A stretch of 48,594 bases of DNA from Candidatus Woesearchaeota archaeon (GCA_964653605.1 CAZZGW010000001.1:1-48594); one strand, 5' to 3'; counted from the first letter of the stretch, positions 8,093 through 17,076 are shown. Translations and numbers: made by a program. Notes: generated from the sequence alone by a model not told the origin.

Positions 8093-8308
8093 CTAAACAA
8101 TTACTTCCTCAATAGGTTTCCCTCTCTTAGGAACCTTGAACTTTGTTTCAAAGAGAGGATTATTCTGTCCTCTTACTTTTACTACAACACAGTATCCTAC
8201 TCCTTTCATACATTGAATGGAAAGGACTTCTCTTCTTTCTCTTGAAGGCAGGTTCAAAGTAAATTCTCCGTTTGAAACTCCTACCTCAATCAATCTAATT
8301 TTAAACAT
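8093..8308 (-). CDS. Hypothetical small beta-rich protein (paralog of 8330..8611)
   Basis: 71 aa. Shares the EFxLxLP....R+(V/I)(L/I)S(I/V) and K(R/S)GKP patterns with the next ORF. Confidence 0.55.
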   Translation of the reverse strand: MFKIRLIEVGVSNGEFTLNLPSRERREVLSIQCMKGVGYCVVVKVRGQNNPLFETKFKVPKRGKPIEEVIV

Positions 8309-8329
8309 ATTTTTCGTTTATTTAAGAAA

Positions 8330-8611
8330 TTAAAACTCACATAAATGGATAGTCCTACTGGGCTTTCCTGATTTAAAACACCCAACAACCCTGCAGGGAC
8401 CATCCTGAATTATTGTTCCGGCCTCAACTGCCCTGAATTTTATTCTTTGAGTTTCCTTTCTAGGATTCAATTTAACGGAAAGATAATACCTTCCTTCCTT
8501 TTCACCTTCCCCTTCTTCAACTGAAATTATCTTTCTTTGACTCACTTTGGGTAAATCCAAGAAAAATTCTCTTTTTAGCTCAATTTCGAATTTTTTAGTC
8601 TCTAATCGCAT
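8330..8611 (-). CDS. Hypothetical small beta-rich protein (paralog of 8093..8308)
   Basis: 93 aa: FEIELKREFFLDLPKVSQRKIISV...KSGKPSRTI. Confidence 0.55.
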   Translation of the reverse strand: MRLETKKFEIELKREFFLDLPKVSQRKIISVEEGEGEKEGRYYLSVKLNPRKETQRIKFRAVEAGTIIQDGPCRVVGCFKSGKPSRTIHLCEF

Positions 8612-8687
8612 TTTATTTTGTTTTAATTAAAAAATAGTGTGCATATATTATTCTGCCCAATATAAATTATTTTTGCCAGTTCAATAA

Positions 8688-8724
8688 TAAAAAGAAACCC
8701 CTTTCAAAAAGGGAAAGGGGTTTC
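8688..8724 (-). terminator. 12-bp-stem hairpin plus T-run after ORF 8751..9308
   Basis: GAAACCCCTTTC-n7-GAAAGGGGTTTC, perfect stem. T run follows on the minus strand. Confidence 0.55.
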
Positions 8725-8750
8725 AATCATTGCTAATTACTCAAATCATA

Positions 8751-9308
8751 TCAACCAGCCCATTCCGGTCTTATGAACATTTCATCACCGTTTTGATCCG
8801 TTACTTTAAAGTATCCATTTGCACCCTCAAAAAGAAGTGTTGGTACATGCTCATAAACAATATTTGGATCTGCGCATTCTTTTAACAGCCAAATTTCCAA
8901 ACCTTCTTTGTCGTCATTAAGATATTCGGGCAAATAGGAATACGGTAGTTGTGCTCCACTTGCAAACTTTATGACTACTGAGGGCAACAAATACTTCTTA
9001 ACATACTTTTCCTCCGCAGGATGAATAAACTTCACAGGAAATAAACTGACAGTAAAAGAGGATTGATTTAGACCTACCACTGTTCCGGGATCAACTTTTA
9101 CAGTTAACTTTTCTCCAGGATCCAATGCTTCTTCCAAACCAGAGGACGCATTCTTCAAAAATGCTGCTTCAGAGATATTCTCCACTTTCTGTACCTGTGG
9201 GGCCTCTTCAACAACAGTTTCTACTTTCTTTTTGCAACTTGTTCCCAAAACAATTGCAAGGATGCCTAAAAACACCCAGATCTTTTTTATCATCTTCATT
9301 GTTTTCAT
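8751..9308 (-). CDS. Hypothetical secreted lipoprotein (lipobox LGTS|C)
   Basis: MKTMKMIKKIWVFLGILAIVLGTSCKKK. GGAGGG SD 8 nt upstream. 185 aa. Confidence 0.65.
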   Translation of the reverse strand: MKTMKMIKKIWVFLGILAIVLGTSCKKKVETVVEEAPQVQKVENISEAAFLKNASSGLEEALDPGEKLTVKVDPGTVVGLNQSSFTVSLFPVKFIHPAEEKYVKKYLLPSVVIKFASGAQLPYSYLPEYLNDDKEGLEIWLLKECADPNIVYEHVPTLLFEGANGYFKVTDQNGDEMFIRPEWAG

Positions 9309-9415
9309 TTTTTTTACCCTCCATTTTTTTAATTAAACATAACGCGTTAACTTACACTTAAACAAAATTGACTACGCCTCCTTTCTTATTTAATAAATAA
9401 ATAATTCTAATTATC

Positions 9416-9535
9416 TCATTTTCTCTTTCTATGTCGAGAAATGATGATTGAGTATCCCCAGAAGAATATTACGGTCCCTAAAATCCAGGAAGCGTTTGAT
9501 TCTATTTTATCTAAGGCTCCAAAATGCCCCCTCAT
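9416..9535 (-). pseudogene. Truncated/frameshifted copy of the 58-aa membrane mini-ORF at 10406..10582
   Basis: My translation: MRGHFGALDKIESNASWILGTVIFFWGYSIIISRHRKRK. Lacks the first TM because of a 1-nt indel relative to the full copy. Confidence 0.4.
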
Positions 9536-9550
9536 CTTTTTCTTCAAGGT

Positions 9551-9588
9551 AAAAAAAGTCCCCGAAGGCTAACTCAAATGCTTGGGGG
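9551..9588 (-). terminator. Imperfect hairpin plus T7 run after ORF 9616..10308
   Basis: CCCCGAAG-n13-CTTGGGG. The A7 run on the plus strand gives T7 after the hairpin on the minus strand. Confidence 0.4.
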
Positions 9589-9615
9589 GCTTTTTGTAAA
9601 TTTCATTAATAGGAA

Positions 9616-10308
9616 TTAGGCGCTGGATGCAAGAATTCCAGCAAGAATCATCCAAATCCCCCACCCTCCTAATGCGGAGTAGATGTTTTTGGACTTTGCC
9701 ACCTTACTATAACATTCTAAATAATCTGGGTCTGAAAACTGATAACCCCTTGGCATTGGATCAATAATAACTGCAGGTATTAATGCAAAAACCCCAAAAA
9801 GCAACCCCCCAAGAAAATATCCTCCAGTACTATGTTTCCTTCTGGCATCCCTTGCTCCCCTTGCACAACTTTCCTGGGGATTCATGGCCATTTCCATTAA
9901 TGGAGCATCCCATTTACTCATAGGATCTTTAAAAGAATAATCTGCCACATCAGAAACCGGAATTTTATAGGTATTCCCATCTTCAGCCTTAAATGTTATG
10001 GTGCAATTTTTCACCTTCTTAATTTCCCCATTGAAATACAAGAAATCATTCGGGTCAACTAAAACTTCTCCCCCTTCCGAAGAGTATATGGAAATGGGTT
10101 CCAAATCATTATAAAAATAATCCTCGGGGGCATTTGCCACTTCTGCAGAATAATCTAAAACAGGATATAGAGCAATCACATCATTCATTTCAAATGATTT
10201 GTCACGATTTTTTGCACTTACATTCCCAACAATTCCCAATAATAAAAGAATGCTAAGGAAAGGTAAAAGATACGTCCACAAACTTCTTACTTTTTTCATT
10301 TTTTTCAT
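9616..10308 (-). CDS. Hypothetical secreted protein with C-terminal membrane anchor(s)
   Basis: Signal peptide ...LLLLGIVGNVSA|KN. C-terminal hydrophobic segments GGLLFGVFALIPAVII and GGWGIWMILAGILASSA. Confidence 0.65.
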   Translation of the reverse strand: MKKMKKVRSLWTYLLPFLSILLLLGIVGNVSAKNRDKSFEMNDVIALYPVLDYSAEVANAPEDYFYNDLEPISIYSSEGGEVLVDPNDFLYFNGEIKKVKNCTITFKAEDGNTYKIPVSDVADYSFKDPMSKWDAPLMEMAMNPQESCARGARDARRKHSTGGYFLGGLLFGVFALIPAVIIDPMPRGYQFSDPDYLECYSKVAKSKNIYSALGGWGIWMILAGILASSA

Positions 10309-10405
10309 GATTTTTTGTTTTTGTTTAACAATAAATTTAGAATTGGTCCTACTTTCTCCTCCTTTCTTGTAAGTTTTAAAACTTTAGTAATTAATTCTAA
10401 TTATC

Positions 10406-10582
10406 TCATTTTCTTTCTCTATGTCGAGAAATAATGATAGAATAACCCCAACACAATAGTACTGCTCCAAAAATCCCTGAAGCATTTGATTCTATTTTAT
10501 CTAAGGCCCAAAAGATTCCCCAGAGGATAAGAAAAATTCCTCCGACCATTATGGCTATCCCACAAGATAGATTGTTTTTCAT
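10406..10582 (-). CDS. Hypothetical 58-aa 2-TM mini-protein (below the ORF-track cut-off)
   Basis: My translation: MKNNLSCGIAIMVGGIFLILWGIFWALDKIESNASGIFGAVLLCWGYSIIISRHRERK. GGAGG 7 nt upstream of the ATG. Confidence 0.55.
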   Translation of the reverse strand: MKNNLSCGIAIMVGGIFLILWGIFWALDKIESNASGIFGAVLLCWGYSIIISRHRERK

Positions 10583-10596
10583 TGTTTACCTCCTTT

Positions 10597-10791
10597 CTAT
10601 GCTGCAAAGCCTACAAAGTTTTTATTTTCTCCAGGTCCCTTTCTTCCTTTCCCAGGACTCTTGTTTTTCCCCCTTTCGAAAGTTTTTCTTCCATGGGCAA
10701 TGAGCCTTGAAATCTTTTCGGCTTGAATATTTGGGTAAATTTCCCTTTTGTCTGAAATATGATTTATACATTGCATAATCATGCCCTCCAT
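10597..10791 (-). CDS. Hypothetical small basic protein
   Basis: 64-aa ORF with a K/R/G-rich C-terminus. No family recognised. Confidence 0.4.
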   Translation of the reverse strand: MEGMIMQCINHISDKREIYPNIQAEKISRLIAHGRKTFERGKNKSPGKGRKGPGENKNFVGFAA

Positions 10792-10856
10792 TGTTAAATT
10801 TGTTAAATTAGCTCATTAAAATAAAACTCTTGTGAAGAGAGTTTTTAGGTAGAGAA

Positions 10857-11987
10857 TTAAGTCTTAGCTCTTTTTTGCATATTTTTTCCCACATCCTCTT
10901 CCAGCTTCTTCTTCACTTTCTCCCACTTTTCGTACTCTAATGCCCTCAGTATGGGAAGCATCTTCAATTCATACGCATCTAACCGGTCATGGTGTTTTCT
11001 TACCCATTTTTGATATCCCATTATAAAGAGAATCGAAATGGCCAACAAAGCACCTCCAAACACTAAGAAAATCCAGGGATTGCCCATTATCCAACACTTA
11101 TGATTTATATACGGCAGAATCTTGCGTATAAACCCAAGTGATTTTTCAGTTGTTAATGCTGAATAATAAATTGTTGAAGCGAGTGTGAGCCATAGGAACA
11201 TATGTGCAAACTTGAAAGTATGCGTCTTTATACCTCCAAAAAAGGTATATATCCTGTAAGAGATATTTGAATTCCCCTCAAAGTGCCTCTTATTTACAAG
11301 ATGGATCCAAGAAGCAACCATCCCAAACTGAATGAATGTTACAACCCAATCCAAGGGGTTTCCATCCCTCGCCGGATTATTAAATGGATGCGTCCGGACC
11401 ATAATAAAAACTGGAAGTACATATGAAAGCCCATATAACCCTGCAAGATACCCAAGGATTTTTGCTCTCCTATTGTGGATTTTTAGCAATCTTTTGCCTT
11501 CACTTATCCTTCCCCAGAAAAGAGTGCCTGTATAACTTACTAAAGGTCCTAATCCCCCTATTGCCATGCCAACTCCAAATGTCAAAGGCATTGCCGCAAT
11601 AATGAATGTAAAAAGATTCCAAGTTATAAACTTAGAAAATATTACAAGACAAACCAACGAACCTGCAAAAAGTAAGTATGGCTTTTGATGCATAAAAGAA
11701 GAACCTCCCCTCCTCATGTAAATGCTAACTATTCTTTCATCTTCTGAAAGAAAGAGTTGTCGCATGAAGTGCATCCAAATTACTCCTAAATTTGAAATGC
11801 CCCATCCAAACCATGCAGAATACCAAAGAAACTTTCCATCCAGTTCTGGATCTCCTTTTTCAATGGCATAGTACAAGAATAAAAAGTTTGAGAGAATATA
11901 AACAAGGAGATAACTTCCCCTTAGGAAGTTTGCAAATCTTCTTCCTCTTTCTGCTTTTTCTTTAATGTATTCTACGGTATGTGTCAT
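10857..11987 (-). CDS. Hypothetical polytopic membrane protein (about 9-10 TM, apparent internal two-fold repeat)
   Basis: 376 aa. Two halves share the pattern DG(K/N)xL(W/D)...W(I/M)H...RI(V/Y)(S/T)...GG...F. C-terminal K/E helix. Confidence 0.65.
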   Translation of the reverse strand: MTHTVEYIKEKAERGRRFANFLRGSYLLVYILSNFLFLYYAIEKGDPELDGKFLWYSAWFGWGISNLGVIWMHFMRQLFLSEDERIVSIYMRRGGSSFMHQKPYLLFAGSLVCLVIFSKFITWNLFTFIIAAMPLTFGVGMAIGGLGPLVSYTGTLFWGRISEGKRLLKIHNRRAKILGYLAGLYGLSYVLPVFIMVRTHPFNNPARDGNPLDWVVTFIQFGMVASWIHLVNKRHFEGNSNISYRIYTFFGGIKTHTFKFAHMFLWLTLASTIYYSALTTEKSLGFIRKILPYINHKCWIMGNPWIFLVFGGALLAISILFIMGYQKWVRKHHDRLDAYELKMLPILRALEYEKWEKVKKKLEEDVGKNMQKRAKT

Positions 11988-12054
11988 CGTCTTTTGGTTT
12001 TAAGAAACCTCTCATTCTTGTAAAGAGAATTTTAGGTTTCAAATTATTGCTAAT

Positions 12055-13512
12055 TCATTTTAACTTTACAACCCTTGCAATCCGCAGATTATCTCCATTG
12101 AAAGAATGGTTCCTATCTAACACTGTCCACTCTCCATACTTATGAATTACAAATCCTACACGAATTACATCATTGAATTTTATTTCATCAAGAGATGAAT
12201 AATACATGAATGGTTTTCCATAGGTGCCGGTTTCATACCATACAACATCACTTTTCCCCTCAAGAACTTTTCCAGTAATGATAATTGCAGAACCATTTGA
12301 CCTCATGAAAATCAATTCAACTTTCCAAGTACTTCTGCTTCCAACATCAAGTTCAACAGCAGTTATTGCGCTTTCAGGAAATTCAGGAGTATAAAATTCA
12401 GCCCAATTTTCCCCATATTTGTGTAATACAACGGTTCCATTTCCTTCAGGAGAATTAATTTCATTTATAGAAATCAATCCTTCTTCAAAAAGATAACCTT
12501 TATCCCAATAGTGATGGCTATTATCTGGATGATTAAAATCATCTTGTATACTTGGAGCTGGAATAAAATTACTGCTTTCACAATCACACCCACACAAGAT
12601 AAAATTTGATATTACTTCATCTGGCTGATCAATTCCATCTCCATTATTATCAAAATACCAAATATACATGATTCCAGAACCCCCATCACAATCCCAATGT
12701 GAAAGGAAATTTATTGCATGAAGAGAAGGAGTTTCCCCATTCAATCCATTTTTAGGAATCTCAAATGCAATGGAATCTACAATAACTCCATCAACCTGGC
12801 TAAGGATAATAAATAAATCATCAAAAATATCAAAGGTTATACTAGGGGTTTGTCCATCTTTACCATTCAATCCATCCTGTCCATCTTCACCATCTTTACC
12901 ATTTGTTCCATGCCAAGTGATAAAACCTCCCTTGTATTCATCTCCTTCAGAAACTTTACCATCCCTATTCATATCCCAATACAGCCTGGTTTCGGTTCCA
13001 TATACTTCAATTTCCCCTGCATTATAAACCACTTCAACATATTCTGGAACAAGACTAAATCCTGACTCTCCTAATGGAATCTGTATTATTAAAGTCCCAA
13101 CAAGCTGATCTCCTTTATAGGATTTAGCAATTATGGAGCCTCCTGGAGAATCATCTGTTGGAGGTAAAGCTTCAAGACTCAAGCTTGCATCTAAACCATT
13201 TTTTCCATCTTTTCCATCCTGTCCATCTTCACCATCTTCACCATTTGTTCCATTAAAGAGAGTAAGACTATTATCAAATTTGTCTCCTTCTGTATAGTTT
13301 AAACTATAATCCATGTCTAAATAATAGCTTGTAGTATAACCAAGTAAAACTCCATCTGTTGAATAAACAGGATCTACTTTAGTTACAGAGGAATAGCCAT
13401 CTTTTCCATCCTGACCATCATCCCCGTCATGTACAAAAATATCTTCTGAGCATGACAACATGGCAAATGAAATTGCCAATAAAATTCCGAACACTTTAAC
13501 AAATGTTTTCAT
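12055..13512 (-). CDS. Secreted lipobox protein with three short collagen-like (G-X-Y) tracts and beta-rich domains
   Basis: MKTFVKVFGILLAISFAMLS|C; DGDDGQDGKDG; NGTNGEDGEDGQDGKDGKNG; HGTNGKDGEDGQDGLNGKDG. Confidence 0.75.
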   Translation of the reverse strand: MKTFVKVFGILLAISFAMLSCSEDIFVHDGDDGQDGKDGYSSVTKVDPVYSTDGVLLGYTTSYYLDMDYSLNYTEGDKFDNSLTLFNGTNGEDGEDGQDGKDGKNGLDASLSLEALPPTDDSPGGSIIAKSYKGDQLVGTLIIQIPLGESGFSLVPEYVEVVYNAGEIEVYGTETRLYWDMNRDGKVSEGDEYKGGFITWHGTNGKDGEDGQDGLNGKDGQTPSITFDIFDDLFIILSQVDGVIVDSIAFEIPKNGLNGETPSLHAINFLSHWDCDGGSGIMYIWYFDNNGDGIDQPDEVISNFILCGCDCESSNFIPAPSIQDDFNHPDNSHHYWDKGYLFEEGLISINEINSPEGNGTVVLHKYGENWAEFYTPEFPESAITAVELDVGSRSTWKVELIFMRSNGSAIIITGKVLEGKSDVVWYETGTYGKPFMYYSSLDEIKFNDVIRVGFVIHKYGEWTVLDRNHSFNGDNLRIARVVKLK

Positions 13513-13547
13513 AATTTCTGAATTTTGGTTTATTTTTATTAAATTAT

Positions 13548-14711
13548 TTATTTGGTTCTATTCAAATTTACTGATAGACAAATTTCTGTTGGAGAAATTA
13601 TATATTTCCCTTCCATCCTATGAAAATGCCAAGCTCTCCCAAATTCGGTTAAAGCCAATGTTCCTGCAACCCCTGCACCAATTCTTAGACCCATTATGGT
13701 GTTTGACTTTCGTTTTGCTGCAGAATTATCAGCAGGATAATCCCTAAACACTGGATGCCCCATTATTTCTGTTGTCCCATAAAGACCAAGCCCAATTCCG
13801 CTAAAAATTAATCCGTTGCGAAAGGACTTTTCTGTTTTTCTCCGATAGGGGTTTTCCCAATATTCTATAAATACATTATAACCTGAAATTACTGGGTTTA
13901 CAGGCATATTAAGCATATCCTGATATGTTACACTCTTCCTTAGAATTTCCCATGTCTGCTCGGGATTATCTTTTTTCATTACAACTTCTATAGAATCATC
14001 TTCAATTCTAGAAACAGGTCCAATTTCCCATTCATACTCTGCGGTTCTCATCCCCTTTTCAAACTCTTCAAAATCAAGCGTTTCTAAAATAGGAACAATA
14101 GAGTCTTTGAAAAAATTCCATTCGGATTCATTAACTCCTGAAAAAATAAACCTCCTAAAAAATTCGAGATAATTCTCAAGACATTCTTCACAATCGGCTT
14201 CAACTTCTATAATTTTGTCTTCAATTGTAACCTGGCTTGGAATATTAGAGGATTTGTTAACCATTGCAGCCTTAACCCTTGTTGCAGGATTTCCATTTTT
14301 TGTAGTCCTAGTAACAATCACTGCTGGTTTCTGATTTTCATACTTATCAAGGTGTTTCTGCTGGACTTCACGAATATCCTCCAAAAATCCGATTTCCATT
14401 TTCCGGTGCTTAACTTCTTTTTTCAGACAATCATTTTCTGCTTCCAATTGAACATTTTTAATCATTAATTCCTGCTTCGCTTTTTGCAGGTCATTGATAG
14501 TTTTAACCATCTTATCTCCTGAACACTTTGAAAAGAATAAGATTATTAATAGAAAAATAAACAGGACAATTGCTCCTGCTCTCCACCATTTCTTATTGGT
14601 GTTGTCAATCTCGCGCTGATTTTTTTCAGCTTTTAATTCCCACTTCAAAATCTCTACTTGCTCCTGAGAAGTCTTACCTTCGAGAATTTTGTTTAATTCA
14701 TCTTTTTTCAT
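13548..14711 (-). CDS. Hypothetical single-pass membrane protein with coiled coil and Gly-rich C-terminus
   Basis: TM WWRAGAIVLFIFLLIILFF. Coiled coil INDLQKAKQELMIKNVQLEAENDCLKKE. C-terminal GLIFSGIGLGLYG / GLRIGAGVAGTLA. Confidence 0.65.
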   Translation of the reverse strand: MKKDELNKILEGKTSQEQVEILKWELKAEKNQREIDNTNKKWWRAGAIVLFIFLLIILFFSKCSGDKMVKTINDLQKAKQELMIKNVQLEAENDCLKKEVKHRKMEIGFLEDIREVQQKHLDKYENQKPAVIVTRTTKNGNPATRVKAAMVNKSSNIPSQVTIEDKIIEVEADCEECLENYLEFFRRFIFSGVNESEWNFFKDSIVPILETLDFEEFEKGMRTAEYEWEIGPVSRIEDDSIEVVMKKDNPEQTWEILRKSVTYQDMLNMPVNPVISGYNVFIEYWENPYRRKTEKSFRNGLIFSGIGLGLYGTTEIMGHPVFRDYPADNSAAKRKSNTIMGLRIGAGVAGTLALTEFGRAWHFHRMEGKYIISPTEICLSVNLNRTK

Positions 14712-14814
14712 GGTTTTTAAAATTTAAATTTTTAATTTGTTTATGTTTTACTTGATTTTTTCAATATATGTTGTTCTGCTTCCATGGTCTGAGCATAATA
14801 TTTTTTCCAAAAGA

Positions 14815-14847
14815 AAGAACCTTCATTAGAAAGTCTAAAGAAGGTTC
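14815..14847 (-). terminator. 9-bp hairpin after ORF 14856..15224
   Basis: AGAACCTTC-n15-GAAGGTTCT. Confidence 0.4.
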
Positions 14848-14855
14848 TGTGATTG

Positions 14856-15224
14856 CTAAGCATAAATTTTATTCTTTGATTCTCCAATAGAATCATTTGT
14901 TATCTCATCTCTCTTCTTCAAAAGATTCTCTCTCCACACTTTTGTTTCAAGGGCAATTCTGAAAATCTCCTGGGACCTGTAATAAAGGTGATCCATTAAA
15001 CTATCCAACATCAAAAGATCCTTTATCATTGGAATTACTATTAAACAAAGATAGGGATCATAATCTACTTCAACAATGAAATCTCTGATTACAGAGTTAT
15101 CCTTTAGAAAGCATGCCCCAATTGAAACTGTAATTGGATCATTTTTTGATTCATGGATAAATTCAATAATCTCTGCATCAGATGCCCCTGATTCGGCAAT
15201 TAAAACTGCTAATTTAGAATTCAT
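14856..15224 (-). CDS. Hypothetical cytosolic protein
   Basis: 122-aa ORF in the co-oriented train. No family recognised. Confidence 0.5.
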   Translation of the reverse strand: MNSKLAVLIAESGASDAEIIEFIHESKNDPITVSIGACFLKDNSVIRDFIVEVDYDPYLCLIVIPMIKDLLMLDSLMDHLYYRSQEIFRIALETKVWRENLLKKRDEITNDSIGESKNKIYA

Positions 15225-15261
15225 ACTTTTCTCTTCCTTTTTAATTAATAATTAATTTTGA

Positions 15262-15597
15262 TTATCGCTTATACATATCTTCTTCAATCCTTTTAGAGGC
15301 ACGATTTTGGATGCCCGCAAAGATTAGCAAAATAGCAAAATGGAGATATGCAATTATACAGCCCACTACAAATCCTTTCCAAATAGAAGGAAATATTTCC
15401 TGATTTCCCATAAAGGAAAAATAAAGGAATGCAAGAACAAAAACAATTACCCCTGAAAAAACCGGGCTTGTGTGGATGCTCTTTATTTTAATCCAAATCC
15501 AGGGAAGCGCCAGATACCAAAATGCTCCTGCAAGATACTCAATTAACCATTTGGTTATCCGAAGGTTAAGCCTTAACTTTACCATAAATTTTTTCAT
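15262..15597 (-). CDS. Hypothetical 3-4 TM membrane protein
   Basis: 111 aa, hydrophobic throughout. Overlaps the upstream ORF by 4 nt. Confidence 0.55.
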   Translation of the reverse strand: MKKFMVKLRLNLRITKWLIEYLAGAFWYLALPWIWIKIKSIHTSPVFSGVIVFVLAFLYFSFMGNQEIFPSIWKGFVVGCIIAYLHFAILLIFAGIQNRASKRIEEDMYKR

Positions 15598-16154
15598 GGC
15601 TCCAAGATTAAAGGTTCAACCTTGGATACAAGCCCATCAAAATCAGAGTCTTTATACAATTTTGACCTGTTTGTCTCTACCAGAACAGAACCAAAACATA
15701 GTGAGAGGTTCTCAAGATGATATGTTACTTCAAAAGTTCCTGCCGGTTCATTATTTTCTTCGGATAAATTTCCTCCAATCAAAAGAACATCCCCCGATAA
15801 TGGAAAGATTATCCAAAATTTATTCCCAAAATTCCAGGAAATAAACCCTCTCCCTTTTTCCTTTTGTGCAAGGTCTTCCAATTCCTTTAAGGTAAACTTC
15901 TTGACATAGGAAGGCCTGTATTCTCCTTCTTCCCAAATTGTTATTAAAACAAGATTCTTACTTGGATCTTCCTTCAAGATTGTGTTGAAGTATAGAGAGG
16001 TTCCATATCCTTGATTTTCAAAGGATTCTGCTTTTCCAACCAAGCAGGGGGACATTTCAAAAACATATTCTCCTAAAATGTTTTTAATTATTTGCGCATC
16101 CGCATTAATTGTGAATGCAATAATTCCTAGCACTACAAGAATTAGATTTTTCAT
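15594..16154 (-). CDS. Hypothetical secreted protein
   Basis: Signal peptide MKNLILVVLGIIAFTINADA|Q. 186 aa. Confidence 0.6.
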   Translation of the reverse strand: MKNLILVVLGIIAFTINADAQIIKNILGEYVFEMSPCLVGKAESFENQGYGTSLYFNTILKEDPSKNLVLITIWEEGEYRPSYVKKFTLKELEDLAQKEKGRGFISWNFGNKFWIIFPLSGDVLLIGGNLSEENNEPAGTFEVTYHLENLSLCFGSVLVETNRSKLYKDSDFDGLVSKVEPLILEP

Positions 16155-16190
16155 CTTTTCTCTTTTTTTGTTTTTAATTAATATTTATGT

Positions 16191-16445
16191 TTATTTTCTA
16201 TATGCTATTTTGTTTTCAATAAACAAAACTAATCTCAACAGAACTAAAACCATAAGGTAAGTAAAGAATATGGCTAATCCAAAAGAGACATTTGGATGTA
16301 TTGACCAGGATTCAAACCCTCCAACTATAAAGTTAAAAAATCCCAAGATTAATTTTCCAATTTTTTGAGAAACCAATCCCAAACTAACAAGCAATGTCCA
16401 CAAGGATACTGCTATCCATAACATTCTAAAGGTTTTTCTTTTCAT
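16191..16445 (-). CDS. Hypothetical 3-TM mini membrane protein
   Basis: 84 aa, hydrophobic. Confidence 0.5.
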   Translation of the reverse strand: MKRKTFRMLWIAVSLWTLLVSLGLVSQKIGKLILGFFNFIVGGFESWSIHPNVSFGLAIFFTYLMVLVLLRLVLFIENKIAYRK

Positions 16446-16457
16446 CTTTTCTTGGAT

Positions 16458-16940
16458 TTAATTACTCGTTGTTATTTTCTTTTTTCCCTCTCTTACACCT
16501 AAAATTGAGGAAACCACAAATCCCCCAAATAAAAGTATTATTGATGATGTGACTACCCAATTAATATGGATTGTTTCAAAGAAACCATTTCCTCTCAGAA
16601 GAGAAGAAATCATAACGCCTAAAAAGATTATTACTATAGCTAAAAAAGGTAAGGCCATTCCCAGTGCCACCTTATTTGCAAATTCATTCCTGAAATTATC
16701 AAAATGAATTCCTTTTTCTTCACAAGATTCATTCAGGAAATCAATAAAGAAAATGCTTCCAAGGAATGCTTCCAAACAACCTACAAAAAAGCCAAACACA
16801 TTCCAAAGGTCTGAAGGTTTTCCTATTTCTCCTAAGAATAATCCTTGAAAGAAATCTATTCTTTTAAACAGCATATAAATTACTGTTGCAAAGAAAAATA
16901 TTGCCAAACTTAGATTTATTATTTTTTCTGTTCTTTTCAC
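16458..16940 (-). CDS. Hypothetical 4-TM membrane protein
   Basis: 160 aa with four hydrophobic segments. Confidence 0.55.
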   Translation of the reverse strand: MKRTEKIINLSLAIFFFATVIYMLFKRIDFFQGLFLGEIGKPSDLWNVFGFFVGCLEAFLGSIFFIDFLNESCEEKGIHFDNFRNEFANKVALGMALPFLAIVIIFLGVMISSLLRGNGFFETIHINWVVTSSIILLFGGFVVSSILGVREGKKKITTSN

Positions 16941-17076
16941 AATTTCTAAGATTTAAATTTAATTATTTATTTTATTTTTCTCTATATCTTGATTCGCTTC
17001 TTACTAAGCGAATTATTATCTCCAATTTAAAGTCAAGCGTATCAAGCCCTGACTCCAACCAACTTCACATGTTGAG

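Noticed and set aside
12055-13512. Diversity-generating retroelement target (variable repeat) in the collagen-like or secreted protein
   Set aside because: No reverse transcriptase gene and no template/variable repeat pair with A-specific mismatches are visible in the window.
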